Both the position numbers and the translations under genes were made by a program. DNA of 64,000 nucleotides from a bacterium (GTDB lineage Bacteria > Hydrothermota > UBA3073 > JACQXS01 > JAGMCI01). The notes under the pieces are model-generated. The model saw only the letters and a program-made list of their open reading frames with translations. It ran no database searches and was not told where the DNA came from. The stretch spans positions 7,246-71,245 of the forward strand of contig JASEGA010000003.1 in NCBI GenBank assembly GCA_030018315.1, written 5' to 3'. Shown here one piece after another: positions 1 to 8,988 of the stretch (position 1 is its first letter; every line of letters begins with the position of its first letter).

Positions 1-689
1 CTGCTTTAGGTCAATTTGTAGCTGGTGCTGCACATGAGATAAATAATCCGTTGAGTATAATAACTATGGCTACACAGAACTTACTCTCTAAGTTTAAAAA
101 GGCATCACCTGAAGCACTTACCCAAAAAGAGCTCAATAACTTGATAGAGCACTTGGAAATGATAAACAGGCAGTGTATGAGATGCAGTGACATAACTCAT
201 AGCTTACTCACTTTTGCAGGTAGAGGAGAACAGATAGAAAAAGTTCCTATGAGTGTAAATAAAGTTATAGGAGAAGCACTCCGTATAATGGGTCATCAGT
301 TACAACTCTCTAAAATTAAAATAATAGATAAAAGAAAGCCTCTGCCTAAGGTATTAGGTAATAGTTCACGATTAACTCAGGTTTTTATGAATTTAATCTT
401 GAATGCACGTCAGTCTATGCCTAAGGGAGGAAACCTAATTATCAGGACATTTAAGATAGGAGATAAAATAAGGATTGAAATTACTGATACTGGTGAAGGT
501 ATTTCTAAAGAAAACTTAGATAGAGTATTTGAGCCATTTTTTACTACAAGGAAGACAGGAGAGGGGACTGGCCTTGGTCTATCCATTGCCTATTCTATCA
601 TTAAAGAGCATGGCGGTGATATAGAGATAGAAAGTAAATTAGGGAAGGGGACTAAAGTTATCATCACCTTACCAGTAATTCAGCCATAA
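1..689 (+). CDS. Sensor histidine kinase, C-terminal part (5' end lies off-window)
   Basis: Frame 3 reads AHEINNPLS (H-box) from nt 3. G-boxes GEGTGLGLSIAY and the HATPase_c region follow. TAA stop at 687-689. Confidence 0.85.
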   Translation, partial: ALGQFVAGAAHEINNPLSIITMATQNLLSKFKKASPEALTQKELNNLIEHLEMINRQCMRCSDITHSLLTFAGRGEQIEKVPMSVNKVIGEALRIMGHQLQLSKIKIIDKRKPLPKVLGNSSRLTQVFMNLILNARQSMPKGGNLIIRTFKIGDKIRIEITDTGEGISKENLDRVFEPFFTTRKTGEGTGLGLSIAYSIIKEHGGDIEIESKLGKGTKVIITLPVIQP

Positions 690-738
690 AAATACGAATA
701 GGATATTAATAGTTGATGATGAAGTTGACATTTTAAAG

Positions 739-1053
739 ATGCTGTCTAACTACTTGAGAGATAAGGGCTATACAGTAACCACTTGTAGTAGTGGTCGTAA
801 AGCCATTAATAGGGTAAAGAATGAATCACCCGACCTTGTCCTGATAGATATAAGGATGATAGGTCTGAGTGGTGTAGATACAATTAAGCAAATTGAGCGC
901 ATCTGCCCTAAAACGCAATTTATCATTATAACTGGCTATGCAATTACTGAAGATGTTGCCTCTCTATTAGAACAAAATAAAAGAGTGCATGGGTATCTGT
1001 TTAAGCCATTTGATTTAAATGAGCTGCTAAGCAGAATAAAAAATATACTATAA
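739..1053 (+). CDS. Stand-alone response regulator receiver domain (CheY-like)
   Basis: DLVLIDIRM...GYA...FKPFD receiver motifs. The frame is open back to ~691 and encodes ILIVDDEVDIL, so the true start is probably upstream on a non-ATG codon. Confidence 0.8.
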   Translation: MLSNYLRDKGYTVTTCSSGRKAINRVKNESPDLVLIDIRMIGLSGVDTIKQIERICPKTQFIIITGYAITEDVASLLEQNKRVHGYLFKPFDLNELLSRIKNIL

Positions 1054-1071
1054 ATTTTTGGGAAACTCCAG
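1048..1071. repeat. Copy of a 24-30 nt motif TATACTATAAATTTT(T)GGG(G)AAACTCCAG, also found at 53324-53356
   Basis: Near-identical string at the response-regulator stop codon and inside the inverted repeat at 53.3 kb. Confidence 0.6.
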
Positions 1072-1132
1072 ACATTTTCTCATTGACAACTATTATTAAG
1101 TGGGCTAACATAGTAATGTGAGGTAAAAACAG

Positions 1133-1360
1133 ATGAATGAATTTACTGGTAAGGTACACAGTGACCCAAAGATTTGTAGTGGTAAGCCCTGTATTAAGGG
1201 GACACGCATTCCTGTCCATCTTATTCTTGACTTATTGGCTGCTGGTGAAAATTATGAAGGTATAAAGAGAGCATATCCTAATCTTAAAGATGATGACATT
1301 GAGGCCTGTATAAAATATGCTGCCTTCTTAGCCGATGAGGAAGCGGGTGTGATTGTATGA
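1133..1360 (+). CDS. DUF433 domain protein (antitoxin-like partner of DUF5615)
   Basis: GKPCIKGTRIPVHLILDLL...YPNLKDDDIEACIKYA is the DUF433 signature. ATGA overlap with the next gene. Confidence 0.75.
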   Translation: MNEFTGKVHSDPKICSGKPCIKGTRIPVHLILDLLAAGENYEGIKRAYPNLKDDDIEACIKYAAFLADEEAGVIV

Positions 1361-1723
1361 ATATTATCGCTAACAAGAATGTATTTGAACCAATTATTGA
1401 GTTTCTAAAAACTGAGGGTCATAATGTAATAAATGTCAGGGGTACATCTCTTTCAGGTGCTTCAGATGACGAGATATATAAATTAGCTGTCAAAGATAAG
1501 CTTATTATTCTCACTATGGATAAAGACTTTGAGCGCATTGTTAGATTTTCGCCTGAGTGCTGTGGTAATAGTAGTTAAGCTTTACAGGATGTTAGTAGAT
1601 AAAGCTACAGATATATTTAAACGATACTTTAAATCTATGAGTGAGGATGAGATAACTGGGCGGCTTGTGATTATAACCAAGGACGGTATACGATTTAGGA
1701 CTTTAAAAGAAATAACGGAATAA
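1357..1723 (+). pseudogene. DUF5615 (PIN-like, Mut7-C-like) toxin-family gene split by a frameshift near 1560-1570
   Basis: The N-terminal part MNIIANK...LTMDKDFERIVRFSPE is in frame 1. The C-terminal part VVIVVKLYRMLVDKATDIFKRYF is in frame 2. Together they make a full-length DUF5615. Confidence 0.6.
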
Positions 1724-1790
1724 GAACATAAATAGAATACAGGAAACAGAATCCTCTTGTCCACTGTATCTTAAATTTTGGGCTTCGAAC

Positions 1791-1819
1791 TTGACATTTG
1801 GATTTGTAGAATTTATTTA
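1791..1819 (+). promoter_or_regulatory. Candidate sigma70-like promoter TTGACA-N17-TATTTA upstream of gvpA
   Basis: TTGACA at 1791-1796 and TATTTA at 1814-1819. Found by eye only. It sits ~240 nt upstream of gvpA. Confidence 0.3.
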
Positions 1820-1930
1820 CAATTTTTGTCACTATTGTGAATAATACAAGATACTAATTACTACTTAAAACTACATCACACTGTCCCAATAATCCTATAA
1901 TTTACTGACAAAATTTGTCACTTTCAGGGT

Positions 1931-1958
1931 GTAGGGGTTTGATTAATCAGACCCATAC
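1931..1958. repeat. Palindromic element A (GTAGGGGTTTGATTAATCAGACCCATAC), intergenic, diverged right arm
   Basis: Matches the 28-bp palindrome found at 8942, 28983, 34791, 49253 and 8743. Confidence 0.8.
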
Positions 1959-2056
1959 AAAATTAAAATTTTTGTTTGTAGGAATAGAGTTACGAAATTT
2001 TCTAAACTTACTGACACAAGATTTGCTGTAATATTTGATAAAGGAGGTGAATAGAG

Positions 2057-2266
2057 ATGGCTGTAGAGAAGGCAATAGCGTCTTCGAGCTTAGTCGAGGT
2101 TGTCGACAGAATCCTGGATAAGGGTATAGTCATCGATGCCTGGGTCAGGATTTCATTAGTAGGTATCGAGCTACTTGCCATTGAAGCCAGGGTAGTAATA
2201 GCTTCTGTTGAGACCTGGCTAAAGTATGCTGAAGCAGTAGGTCTATTACCAGCAGAGGCAGCATAA
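2057..2266 (+). CDS. gvpA: Gas vesicle structural protein GvpA
   Basis: [63 protein letters not shown] is near-identical to canonical GvpA. Strong SD AGGAGGTG 7 nt upstream. Confidence 0.92.
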   Translation: MAVEKAIASSSLVEVVDRILDKGIVIDAWVRISLVGIELLAIEARVVIASVETWLKYAEAVGLLPAEAA

Positions 2267-2279
2267 GAGGTATCACCTC
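2267..2279 (+). terminator. Short hairpin GAGGTATCACCTC directly after the gvpA stop
   Basis: 5-bp stem with a 3-nt loop and no U-tract. The stem resembles element E (GAGGTGCGACCTC). Confidence 0.25.
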
Positions 2280-2532
2280 AAGCTCGAGACAAGCGGAATT
2301 TGGCAACCTCTCTACTGACAGGTAGAGATGCCCTTTGAGTGTACAAAAGTGCTTGTGCCCTTTTGTAGACCCAAGTGTGGTAAGAGCTTAAAGTGCATCT
2401 TCTGCCAAATATATAATATAAGCTAAAGCAAATGAGAAAGATACTAAAAAGTTCCTCCGATGAATCGGAGGTAGGGGTTGGTCATCCGACCCGTATGGCC
2501 GAGGAAGGTATCCCTGCCATAAGGAGGTAAAA

Positions 2533-2928
2533 ATGGATAGGAGGGCGGATGATATAAGGAATCTTGCTTCAGAGATGGCGGCTTCATATGAGGAGCGAAA
2601 GAAGGGGGTTGCCGATCTTATACAGGGGTTTAGGGCTGATAATGAAGCAGCGGCTAAGGAGTGGAGGAATCTGAGAACTCTCATGGCAAGAACGAAAGCA
2701 GGTAAGGTTGTAGGGGTGAAGCCAAAGGTAGCGAAGCCACCTGTCCCGGAAGCTGTCGGGATAGAAGATAGGATTTTGGATGTAGTTAAAAATAGACCCG
2801 GAATAACACTCAAAGAGATAGGCGATGCTTTAGGATTACACTTTGTAAGGATAGCAGCTGATACTAAGTCACTTGTTGAATCAGGCAAGCTTAGGAAGGA
2901 AGGCAAGTTATACTATTTGAGGAAGTAA
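2533..2928 (+). CDS. Hypothetical protein with a C-terminal winged-helix-like segment (possible gvp-associated regulator)
   Basis: SD AAGGAGGT upstream. The C-terminus ILDVVKNRPGITLKEIGDALGL...GKLYYL looks like a wHTH. No confident family assignment. Confidence 0.4.
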   Translation: MDRRADDIRNLASEMAASYEERKKGVADLIQGFRADNEAAAKEWRNLRTLMARTKAGKVVGVKPKVAKPPVPEAVGIEDRILDVVKNRPGITLKEIGDALGLHFVRIAADTKSLVESGKLRKEGKLYYLRK

Positions 2929-2938
2929 AAAGATAATG

Positions 2939-2982
2939 GGGAGACAAAGATAAATTGGTCCGCTTTTATCTTTGTTTCCCCT
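2939..2982 (+). terminator. Long stem-loop (17-bp stem) after ORF 2533-2928
   Basis: GGGGAGACAAAGATAAA-ttggtccgct-TTTATCTTTGTTTCCCC followed by TATTT. Confidence 0.5.
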
Positions 2983-3081
2983 ATTTAGGCTAGGAGGAGT
3001 GTGTCCAAAAACTTAAAAATCACCGCCAGGAGGGTGTTTTCAGATAGTCGGCTAGTTAGATAGGTGGGGAGATAATTATTT

Positions 3082-3279
3082 ATGGCTCAAGACATACGCA
3101 GTGTAGTTGATGATATAATTACAACTTATGAACTAAGGATAAAGGAGATAGGTGATAAATTAAAAGAAAAGGGAACTCAACTTATTGACTACTTTAGAAA
3201 CGAGCGTACTAATCTAACTCATGAGTTAGAATCTATATTAGCAAAAAAAATCATTTACGTAAAAAAGACTTTAGATTAA
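3082..3279 (+). CDS. Hypothetical small coiled-coil protein
   Basis: ORF with TAATG stop/start coupling to the next ORF. No recognisable family. Confidence 0.35.
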   Translation: MAQDIRSVVDDIITTYELRIKEIGDKLKEKGTQLIDYFRNERTNLTHELESILAKKIIYVKKTLD

Positions 3280-3689
3280 TGATGCAAGATATTGAATCAT
3301 ATCAAATGGAGAGAGAAGCTAAACTAAAGCAACTTATTGGAAGCATTAAGGGAGATGAAGTTAGACGAATTCAACGTCTAAGGGAAGCGATTGCAATAAA
3401 CCCGAACCCTAAAGCTATTGATATAATAGCATCTCCAGGAAAAGAGAAGTTAGTTAAAGAGGAGCTTGGCGAGTTTGAGAAAGAGAGAGAAGAGCTTTGC
3501 CTTAATTTAAAGCGACTGTTAGAAAAGGCTGATTCCTTAAATATAAAGGATTTTAAAAAGACATTGAAGAAACTGAAAGCTAAAAAGAATGAAACTGAGT
3601 TTAAAGAAATGACCAAGAGCATTTTATTTGAACAGCAAAAATTGCAAAAAAAGGTATCTATTATTTTATTGATAAACCATTTGGGGTAG
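3279..3689 (+). CDS. Hypothetical coiled-coil protein
   Basis: Translationally coupled to the upstream ORF. Lys/Glu-rich. Confidence 0.35.
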   Translation: MMQDIESYQMEREAKLKQLIGSIKGDEVRRIQRLREAIAINPNPKAIDIIASPGKEKLVKEELGEFEKEREELCLNLKRLLEKADSLNIKDFKKTLKKLKAKKNETEFKEMTKSILFEQQKLQKKVSIILLINHLG

Positions 3690-3773
3690 AAAAAATAACA
3701 AAGGCTATAAAAAGGTACCTTAATAAGAGAGCAAGATTTTTTAGTTAACCCGCCTACGCAGGTAAATTGATAA

Positions 3774-4361
3774 GTGAGAAAACTAATCTATGTCCCTATC
3801 ATTCATAGTGAGGATGATATGGGCTCATTAGCTGAGTTTATGAAGAAAGAATATAAGAGAAAGTATAGCCGACAAAAATGGGAAGAACATACTAAAGCTA
3901 TAAAAGAGATATGGAATAAGATTAGAGAAAAAGTTATTGGGCTTGACTTAGAATGGCAGAAAGTTAGAATATATCAAGATGGTTTACCTGTGAATGGTAA
4001 AGAGCAGTTTATTGTTAAGACATTAGCTGAAAAGGGTAATCTGAACTACAAACTTATTTTGGAGTTAGTCAAAAAGGGTGCTAGAATAGAAGGGACAGAA
4101 GATATGGAGCTTCTTAAGGCTGAATACGCTAATATATTAAGAATTGCACAAGCTAAAAATATAACTGAGAGAGATAGATTAATTGAACAATGTAATCAGG
4201 TAGCTAGTGATTTACTGGTGAAGAGAGACAGATTTATTGCAAACAGGATAAACGAAACTTTAAAAGAAGGTGAGACAGGCATACTATTTTTGGGTATGAT
4301 GCATCAGGTGCATAAGTTAATTCCGAGAGACATTGTTCTTACATATCCATTAAGTGGATGA
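3774..4361 (+). CDS. Hypothetical protein (195 aa)
   Basis: Intact ORF downstream of gvpA. I cannot place it in a family from sequence alone. Confidence 0.35.
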   Translation: MRKLIYVPIIHSEDDMGSLAEFMKKEYKRKYSRQKWEEHTKAIKEIWNKIREKVIGLDLEWQKVRIYQDGLPVNGKEQFIVKTLAEKGNLNYKLILELVKKGARIEGTEDMELLKAEYANILRIAQAKNITERDRLIEQCNQVASDLLVKRDRFIANRINETLKEGETGILFLGMMHQVHKLIPRDIVLTYPLSG

Positions 4362-4374
4362 CAGAGATTTTTTC

Positions 4375-4449
4375 TGGCGGCACCGGGATTTGAACCCGGG
4401 TCTTATGGCTGAGAACCATATGTCCTAGACCGGACTAGACGATGCCGCC
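4375..4449 (-). tRNA. tRNA-Glu (anticodon CUC)
   Basis: The reverse complement folds as a cloverleaf. Acceptor GGCGGCA/TGCCGCC. Anticodon stem TATGG/CCATA with loop TTCTCAG. T-arm CCGGG-TTCAAAT-CCCGG. No encoded CCA. Confidence 0.8.
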
Positions 4450-4545
4450 GTTATCATTGATGTAAACTGAAATCAGTCTCAGCCAGATTCAGTCTATCTC
4501 AATGATTAAATATCAAAAATGGCCTCAACAAAGCCTAAATCTGTG

Positions 4546-5847
4546 TTAATCTGTGGCTCCACTCTTTTTTATTCTTTTCTTAATTTCCTGTTCAAAGCCT
4601 AAATCCCCAGGAGTGTAATATTTACTACCCTTAAGTTTTTCTGGTAAATAGCTTTCCTTAACCCAGTGATTTTTGTAACTATGTGGATACTTGTACCCTT
4701 TACCATAACCTATGTTACGCATAAGTTTGGTTACAGGATTCCTTAAATGTAAAGGAACTGGGAGTGAGCCGTATTTTTTCACATCCTCTAATGCATGTCT
4801 GTAGGCAATGAGTGCAGTATTGCTTTTTGGTGCAGTTGCAAGATAGATTGTTGACTGTGCCAAAGGTAAAAAGCCTTCTGGCATACCTACAAGTTCAATT
4901 GCTGACTTACATGAAGTAGCAACCACAAGTGCTTGCGGGTCTGCATTTCCTATGTCCTCAGATGCAAAAATTACTAACCTACGTACAATAAATATAGGGT
5001 CTTCACCGGACTCTATCATCCTTGCTAACCAGTAAAGGGCAGCGTCGGGATCACTACCACGTAAGCTTTTTATGAATGCAGATATTAAATTATAATGCTC
5101 TTCACCCTTTTTGTCATAAAGTAAAGGACATTCTTGGATAGCTCTCTTAATTGCAGATAAGGTTACATTCTTTTTTCCATTCTTTGGGGCAGTTGTGAGT
5201 GCGACAAATTCAAGAATGTTTAATGCAACACGTGTATCACCATCGGCTACACGAGATAAGTATTCTTTTGTTGATTCTTTAATTTCTAAGTTATGTTCTT
5301 TTAGCCCCTCATCAAGTTTAATAGCTCTATTAATAATTTTGATTATCTCATGCTCACTTAGCTTTTTAAATATGTATACAGTGGTACGGGATAGAAGTGG
5401 TGGTATTAGTTCAAATGATGGGTTCTCTGTAGTTGCCCCTATTAAAATGATTGTCCCATCCTCAACATATGGCAGGAAAGCATCTTGTTGCGCTTTATTG
5501 AAGCGATGTATCTCGTCAATAAATAATATTGTCCGCTTCCCCTGACCTCTATAAAGTTTTGCCTCACGTGATACTCTTCGCACATCGTCTATACCAGAGA
5601 GAACAGCGCTGAAGCTTACAAATCTGTAATCTCTCAATTTTGCAATAATTCGTGCAAGAGTAGTCTTGCCACTTCCGGGTGGACCCCAGAAAACCATACT
5701 CGGTATCTCACCTCTCTCAATTGCTTTTCTTATAGGACCATTTGGGCCTACAAGATGGGATTGACCAACAAATTCAGTTAGAGTCTGTGGTCTTACGCGG
5801 TCAGCTAATGGGGAGCCAACAGATTGGAATTTTTCAAAAAGGTTCAT
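4546..5847 (-). CDS. rarA: Replication-associated recombination protein A (AAA+ ATPase)
   Basis: Walker A GPPGSGKTT and the conserved RarA/MgsA C-terminal domain. Confidence 0.9.
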   Translation of the reverse strand: MNLFEKFQSVGSPLADRVRPQTLTEFVGQSHLVGPNGPIRKAIERGEIPSMVFWGPPGSGKTTLARIIAKLRDYRFVSFSAVLSGIDDVRRVSREAKLYRGQGKRTILFIDEIHRFNKAQQDAFLPYVEDGTIILIGATTENPSFELIPPLLSRTTVYIFKKLSEHEIIKIINRAIKLDEGLKEHNLEIKESTKEYLSRVADGDTRVALNILEFVALTTAPKNGKKNVTLSAIKRAIQECPLLYDKKGEEHYNLISAFIKSLRGSDPDAALYWLARMIESGEDPIFIVRRLVIFASEDIGNADPQALVVATSCKSAIELVGMPEGFLPLAQSTIYLATAPKSNTALIAYRHALEDVKKYGSLPVPLHLRNPVTKLMRNIGYGKGYKYPHSYKNHWVKESYLPEKLKGSKYYTPGDLGFEQEIKKRIKKSGATD

Positions 5848-5886
5848 TAGATTATTCGCTTAGCTCAGAATGACAGTGTATGTATT

Positions 5887-6705
5887 TTATACGAATGGCT
5901 CTCTTACATGCTTTATTTGGGACCAGGTCAAGACTGGCCCATCTTTACACACATATAGCTCACCTACACGACAGTGGTTACATTGACCTAATCCACATGA
6001 CATATTTCTTTCCATTGATAAATATAAATCAGCACCTGAAAAGCCAGCCTCAAGTAATCTTTTAGTTACAAATTTCATCATTATTGGTGGCCCGCATACT
6101 ATAGCAACTGAGTTATTAAAATCAACTGGTATCTCATCAAGAATTACGGTTACAACACCAACCCTACCATTCCAAGTTTCATCCCCTACATCCACTGTGA
6201 GTAAGATGTCAACATTTTCAAGTTTATCCCATTTGGGTAAAAATTGTTTATATACAATATCTTTAGGACTCCTCGCCCCATATCTTATATATATTTTTTT
6301 GTAGTCATTAATATTATGTACAAGTGCTAAAAATAGCGACCTTAGTGGCGCAAATCCTACACCACCACCTACAATAAATACTTCTTTTCCTCTAAACTTT
6401 TCAAGTGGATACCTTTTTCCATAAGGACCACGAATGCCAACTAAATCACCTGGTTTCAAGTTAAAAAGTGCAGTAGTTACCCTACCAACTTTCATAATAG
6501 TGAATTCCAATTTATCGTTATCAAATGGTGATGATGAAGGTGTAAACGGAGCCTCACCAACTCCAGGGACAGTGAGTTCAGCAAATTGACCTGCCTCAAA
6601 ATTTATCGGCTTCGGAGATATAGTAAAAGTTTTTATCCCCGGACTCTCTTCTACAATCTCAGTTAATCTACAGGGCAGTGATTCGTAAGGATTTATAATA
6701 GTCAT
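5887..6705 (-). CDS. FAD/NAD(P)-binding oxidoreductase with C-terminal [2Fe-2S] cluster (AsrB / sulfhydrogenase gamma / PyrK family)
   Basis: 272 aa. GGGVGFAPL nucleotide-binding motif and C-terminal CGLGQCNHC...C cluster. Confidence 0.8.
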   Translation of the reverse strand: MTIINPYESLPCRLTEIVEESPGIKTFTISPKPINFEAGQFAELTVPGVGEAPFTPSSSPFDNDKLEFTIMKVGRVTTALFNLKPGDLVGIRGPYGKRYPLEKFRGKEVFIVGGGVGFAPLRSLFLALVHNINDYKKIYIRYGARSPKDIVYKQFLPKWDKLENVDILLTVDVGDETWNGRVGVVTVILDEIPVDFNNSVAIVCGPPIMMKFVTKRLLEAGFSGADLYLSMERNMSCGLGQCNHCRVGELYVCKDGPVLTWSQIKHVREPFV

Positions 6706-6709
6706 AATT

Positions 6710-7705
6710 TTACAACTTTAATAGTATTTTCCTTATATCTATTTTCCCCATACAGCCTGAGATACATCTACCACACCCTGTGCAAGCAAAGAAGCCGTGA
6801 TACTTATAAAAATAATTAAATTTGCACTCAAATCTGTTCTTAAACCTTGAAGTAAAGTCTGGCATCGGATTAGCTCCACCTCCAACTCTTGCATAAGCAG
6901 CATAGTAGCAAGCATCCCAGATTCGGACACGCTCATTCGACGGTTCATCGTAAAGTAGGAAGCAGTAACAGGTAGGACAACACATTAAACAGCCACAACA
7001 TTCAACACAACCAGAAGCCTCAGATAGGCAGAATTTTTGCTCATTGACATTGACTCTTTCATATAAGTCTTCTTTAAACCTATCTGGATTAATTTCTTTC
7101 AACTTATCAAGTGCTTTTTTTCGAGAAGCTTCCCTTTGTTCCAAATCTTCAGGAGATGTGTTTTCAAACCATATTTTGTTTTCCTCTATAATGGCTTCAC
7201 CTTTTGGTGAAAGTGGTTCAATCACATATCCACTTCTAACAGGAGTTACGTTTAAATCAGCACCTTCATCAACCCATGGATTAAGTCCTAACAAGTTACA
7301 AAAACAAGTAGGCTCTGGTTGTGGGCAATCTGCTGAAATTAGGATTGTAGTTTCCCTCCTTTTCTTATAGAATGGGTCAACAAATTCAGAATCAAGGAAG
7401 ACTTTATCGTATACCTCAATAGCTTTCAAGTCGCAACGCTTAATTCCTACAATTGCCTGTGGCTTTATTCCCTTTTCCAATGGCTTATCAAATGAGGCTA
7501 CAGACTCTATTGGTTTAAATAGAAAGTGCTTCACTGGCTCTACTGTCCGAATATGCTCGAAGCTAATTGTAGAAGTATCCTCTGAACTAAACCTGTGAAA
7601 GTGTGGTCTTTCCTGTTCAATAGTAGGGATAAAGACTTCATACTTTTCTATAAGCCGCAAGAGGAGGGGTACAAATTTATCCAGAGGCAAGAAATACGTC
7701 TCCAT
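6710..7705 (-). CDS. Fe-S protein, AsrA / sulfhydrogenase beta-like
   Basis: Multiple Cys clusters (CVECCGCLMCCPTCYC, CTGCGRCISGC). Separated by 4 nt from the gamma-like gene. Confidence 0.65.
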   Translation of the reverse strand: METYFLPLDKFVPLLLRLIEKYEVFIPTIEQERPHFHRFSSEDTSTISFEHIRTVEPVKHFLFKPIESVASFDKPLEKGIKPQAIVGIKRCDLKAIEVYDKVFLDSEFVDPFYKKRRETTILISADCPQPEPTCFCNLLGLNPWVDEGADLNVTPVRSGYVIEPLSPKGEAIIEENKIWFENTSPEDLEQREASRKKALDKLKEINPDRFKEDLYERVNVNEQKFCLSEASGCVECCGCLMCCPTCYCFLLYDEPSNERVRIWDACYYAAYARVGGGANPMPDFTSRFKNRFECKFNYFYKYHGFFACTGCGRCISGCMGKIDIRKILLKL

Positions 7706-7720
7706 ATTATTTTAAATGCC

Positions 7721-8521
7721 TCATTTTAATTTGAGTGCAGGTGTGTTTAAAACAATTTCTTTTAGATTTTGTGCAAAGTTAGTCTTTGAAAGTTTACCTA
7801 CATTTCCTATTGAGGCTTCAAGTCCTTCATCAAAATCTATCTCACCAAGTAGAGGGATATTGAATTTTTTTATTTGTAGGGATAATTCATGAATTGTCCT
7901 TACAGGCTTCATGTTCTCAATAACCCCAATAATCTCGACCTGTCTTGCCTCTTTAAGCATTTTTATCACCTTTTTGACAGTCTCCATCGTCACTTTAGAC
8001 GGTGTAGCTATTATAATGAATTCAGCTCTTTTTATCAACCGAATTACATCTAATGTTGCATCCCCAATACCCGGTGGCATATCAATAATTAGAAAATCTA
8101 ATAAACCCCACCGTGTGATACTTAGCAATTCTATCATTGCATTTGAAATATCAATGCCTCTCAGTGGCGAAGGCTTATCAGCAGCATAATAAATGATAGA
8201 TATAAACTTAATGCCATAAATTTCAGGTGGTATAACTCCTTTATCTTCTTTTGGATAAATTCCTCTTATTCCTAATATTATATCAATAGATGGACTACAA
8301 AAATCCAAATCCAGTAGCCCAACTTTGTATCCTAATTCTGTCAAAGTCAATGCTAAAGTAGATGCAATTAAACTCTTACCAATACCACCTTTACCACCTG
8401 AGACAGCAATTAACCTCTTTATATTTCGTAATCTTTCATCAATTATATTTAAGCGCGGATCCATAATCATTATTGTATGGACACGGCACGCCGTGTCCAT
8501 ACAACTATTTTGTTCCTTCAA
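7721..8521 (-). CDS. Mrp/NBP35 (ApbC) family P-loop ATPase
   Basis: GKGGIGKS deviant Walker A. MinD/ParA-like fold. Confidence 0.8.
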   Translation of the reverse strand: MKEQNSCMDTACRVHTIMIMDPRLNIIDERLRNIKRLIAVSGGKGGIGKSLIASTLALTLTELGYKVGLLDLDFCSPSIDIILGIRGIYPKEDKGVIPPEIYGIKFISIIYYAADKPSPLRGIDISNAMIELLSITRWGLLDFLIIDMPPGIGDATLDVIRLIKRAEFIIIATPSKVTMETVKKVIKMLKEARQVEIIGVIENMKPVRTIHELSLQIKKFNIPLLGEIDFDEGLEASIGNVGKLSKTNFAQNLKEIVLNTPALKLK

Positions 8522-8930
8522 TAGACTCTATAAAGATACCTCGTCCTTTTATAAATTCAAAGTCAGGACTACCACATTTAGGGCACTTAATATAGGCATG
8601 TGCGACTTCGGGGACAAAATGTATTGATTCGGATTCTTCATCATTTAATTCCATATCACCAAAAGCCCAATTATGTTCACAGACTCTACATTTTAAAATA
8701 GCTTTTTCTGTTCCGATCTCTATTTTTGCTTTTCTAAGTGGAGTAGGAGTTTGATTAATCAAACCTCTACATTGGACAATTTCCTTTAGAGCAAATCTAA
8801 ATATCTCCGTATCTATTTGCTGTAATTCGCCCATCTTAATTTTAATCTTATCAATCCTTTTAAGTTTTTCTTTTTCTGCTACCCCAAGTGCAGTAGAAAC
8901 AACTGCCTCTGCTAATGCCCATTCATGCAT
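8505..8930 (-). CDS. hypA: Hydrogenase nickel-incorporation protein HypA carrying an in-frame palindromic-element insertion
   Basis: MHEWALAEAV... start and the CPKCGS zinc motif. Element A variant at 8743-8770 encodes CRGLINQTPTPL in a loop. Confidence 0.8.
   Translation of the reverse strand: MHEWALAEAVVSTALGVAEKEKLKRIDKIKIKMGELQQIDTEIFRFALKEIVQCRGLINQTPTPLRKAKIEIGTEKAILKCRVCEHNWAFGDMELNDEESESIHFVPEVAHAYIKCPKCGSPDFEFIKGRGIFIESIEGTK
8743..8770. repeat. Palindromic element A variant (GTAGGAGTTTGATTAATCAAACCTCTAC) inside hypA
   Basis: In-frame and encodes RGLINQTPT. Confidence 0.8.
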
Positions 8931-8941
8931 ATTGAGTCTTT

Positions 8942-8969
8942 GTAGGGGTTTGATTAATCAAACCCCTAC
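8942..8969. repeat. Palindromic element A, perfect 28-bp palindrome GTAGGGGTTTGATTAATCAAACCCCTAC, intergenic
   Basis: Perfect reverse-complement symmetry. Confidence 0.85.
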
Positions 8970-8988
8970 AATAATGATTCAGTCTACA

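Noticed and set aside
2468-2496. GGTAGGGGTTGGTCATCCGACCCGTATGG as another copy of palindrome A
   Set aside because: It shares GTAGGGG and GACCC with element A, but the arms are not reverse complements. Kept only as a possible degenerate relic.
2388-2906. 172-aa minus-strand ORF overlapping the gvp-adjacent gene
   Set aside because: It lies antisense to a better-supported ORF with an SD sequence. Its low-complexity Ser/Ala/Leu composition is typical of a shadow ORF.
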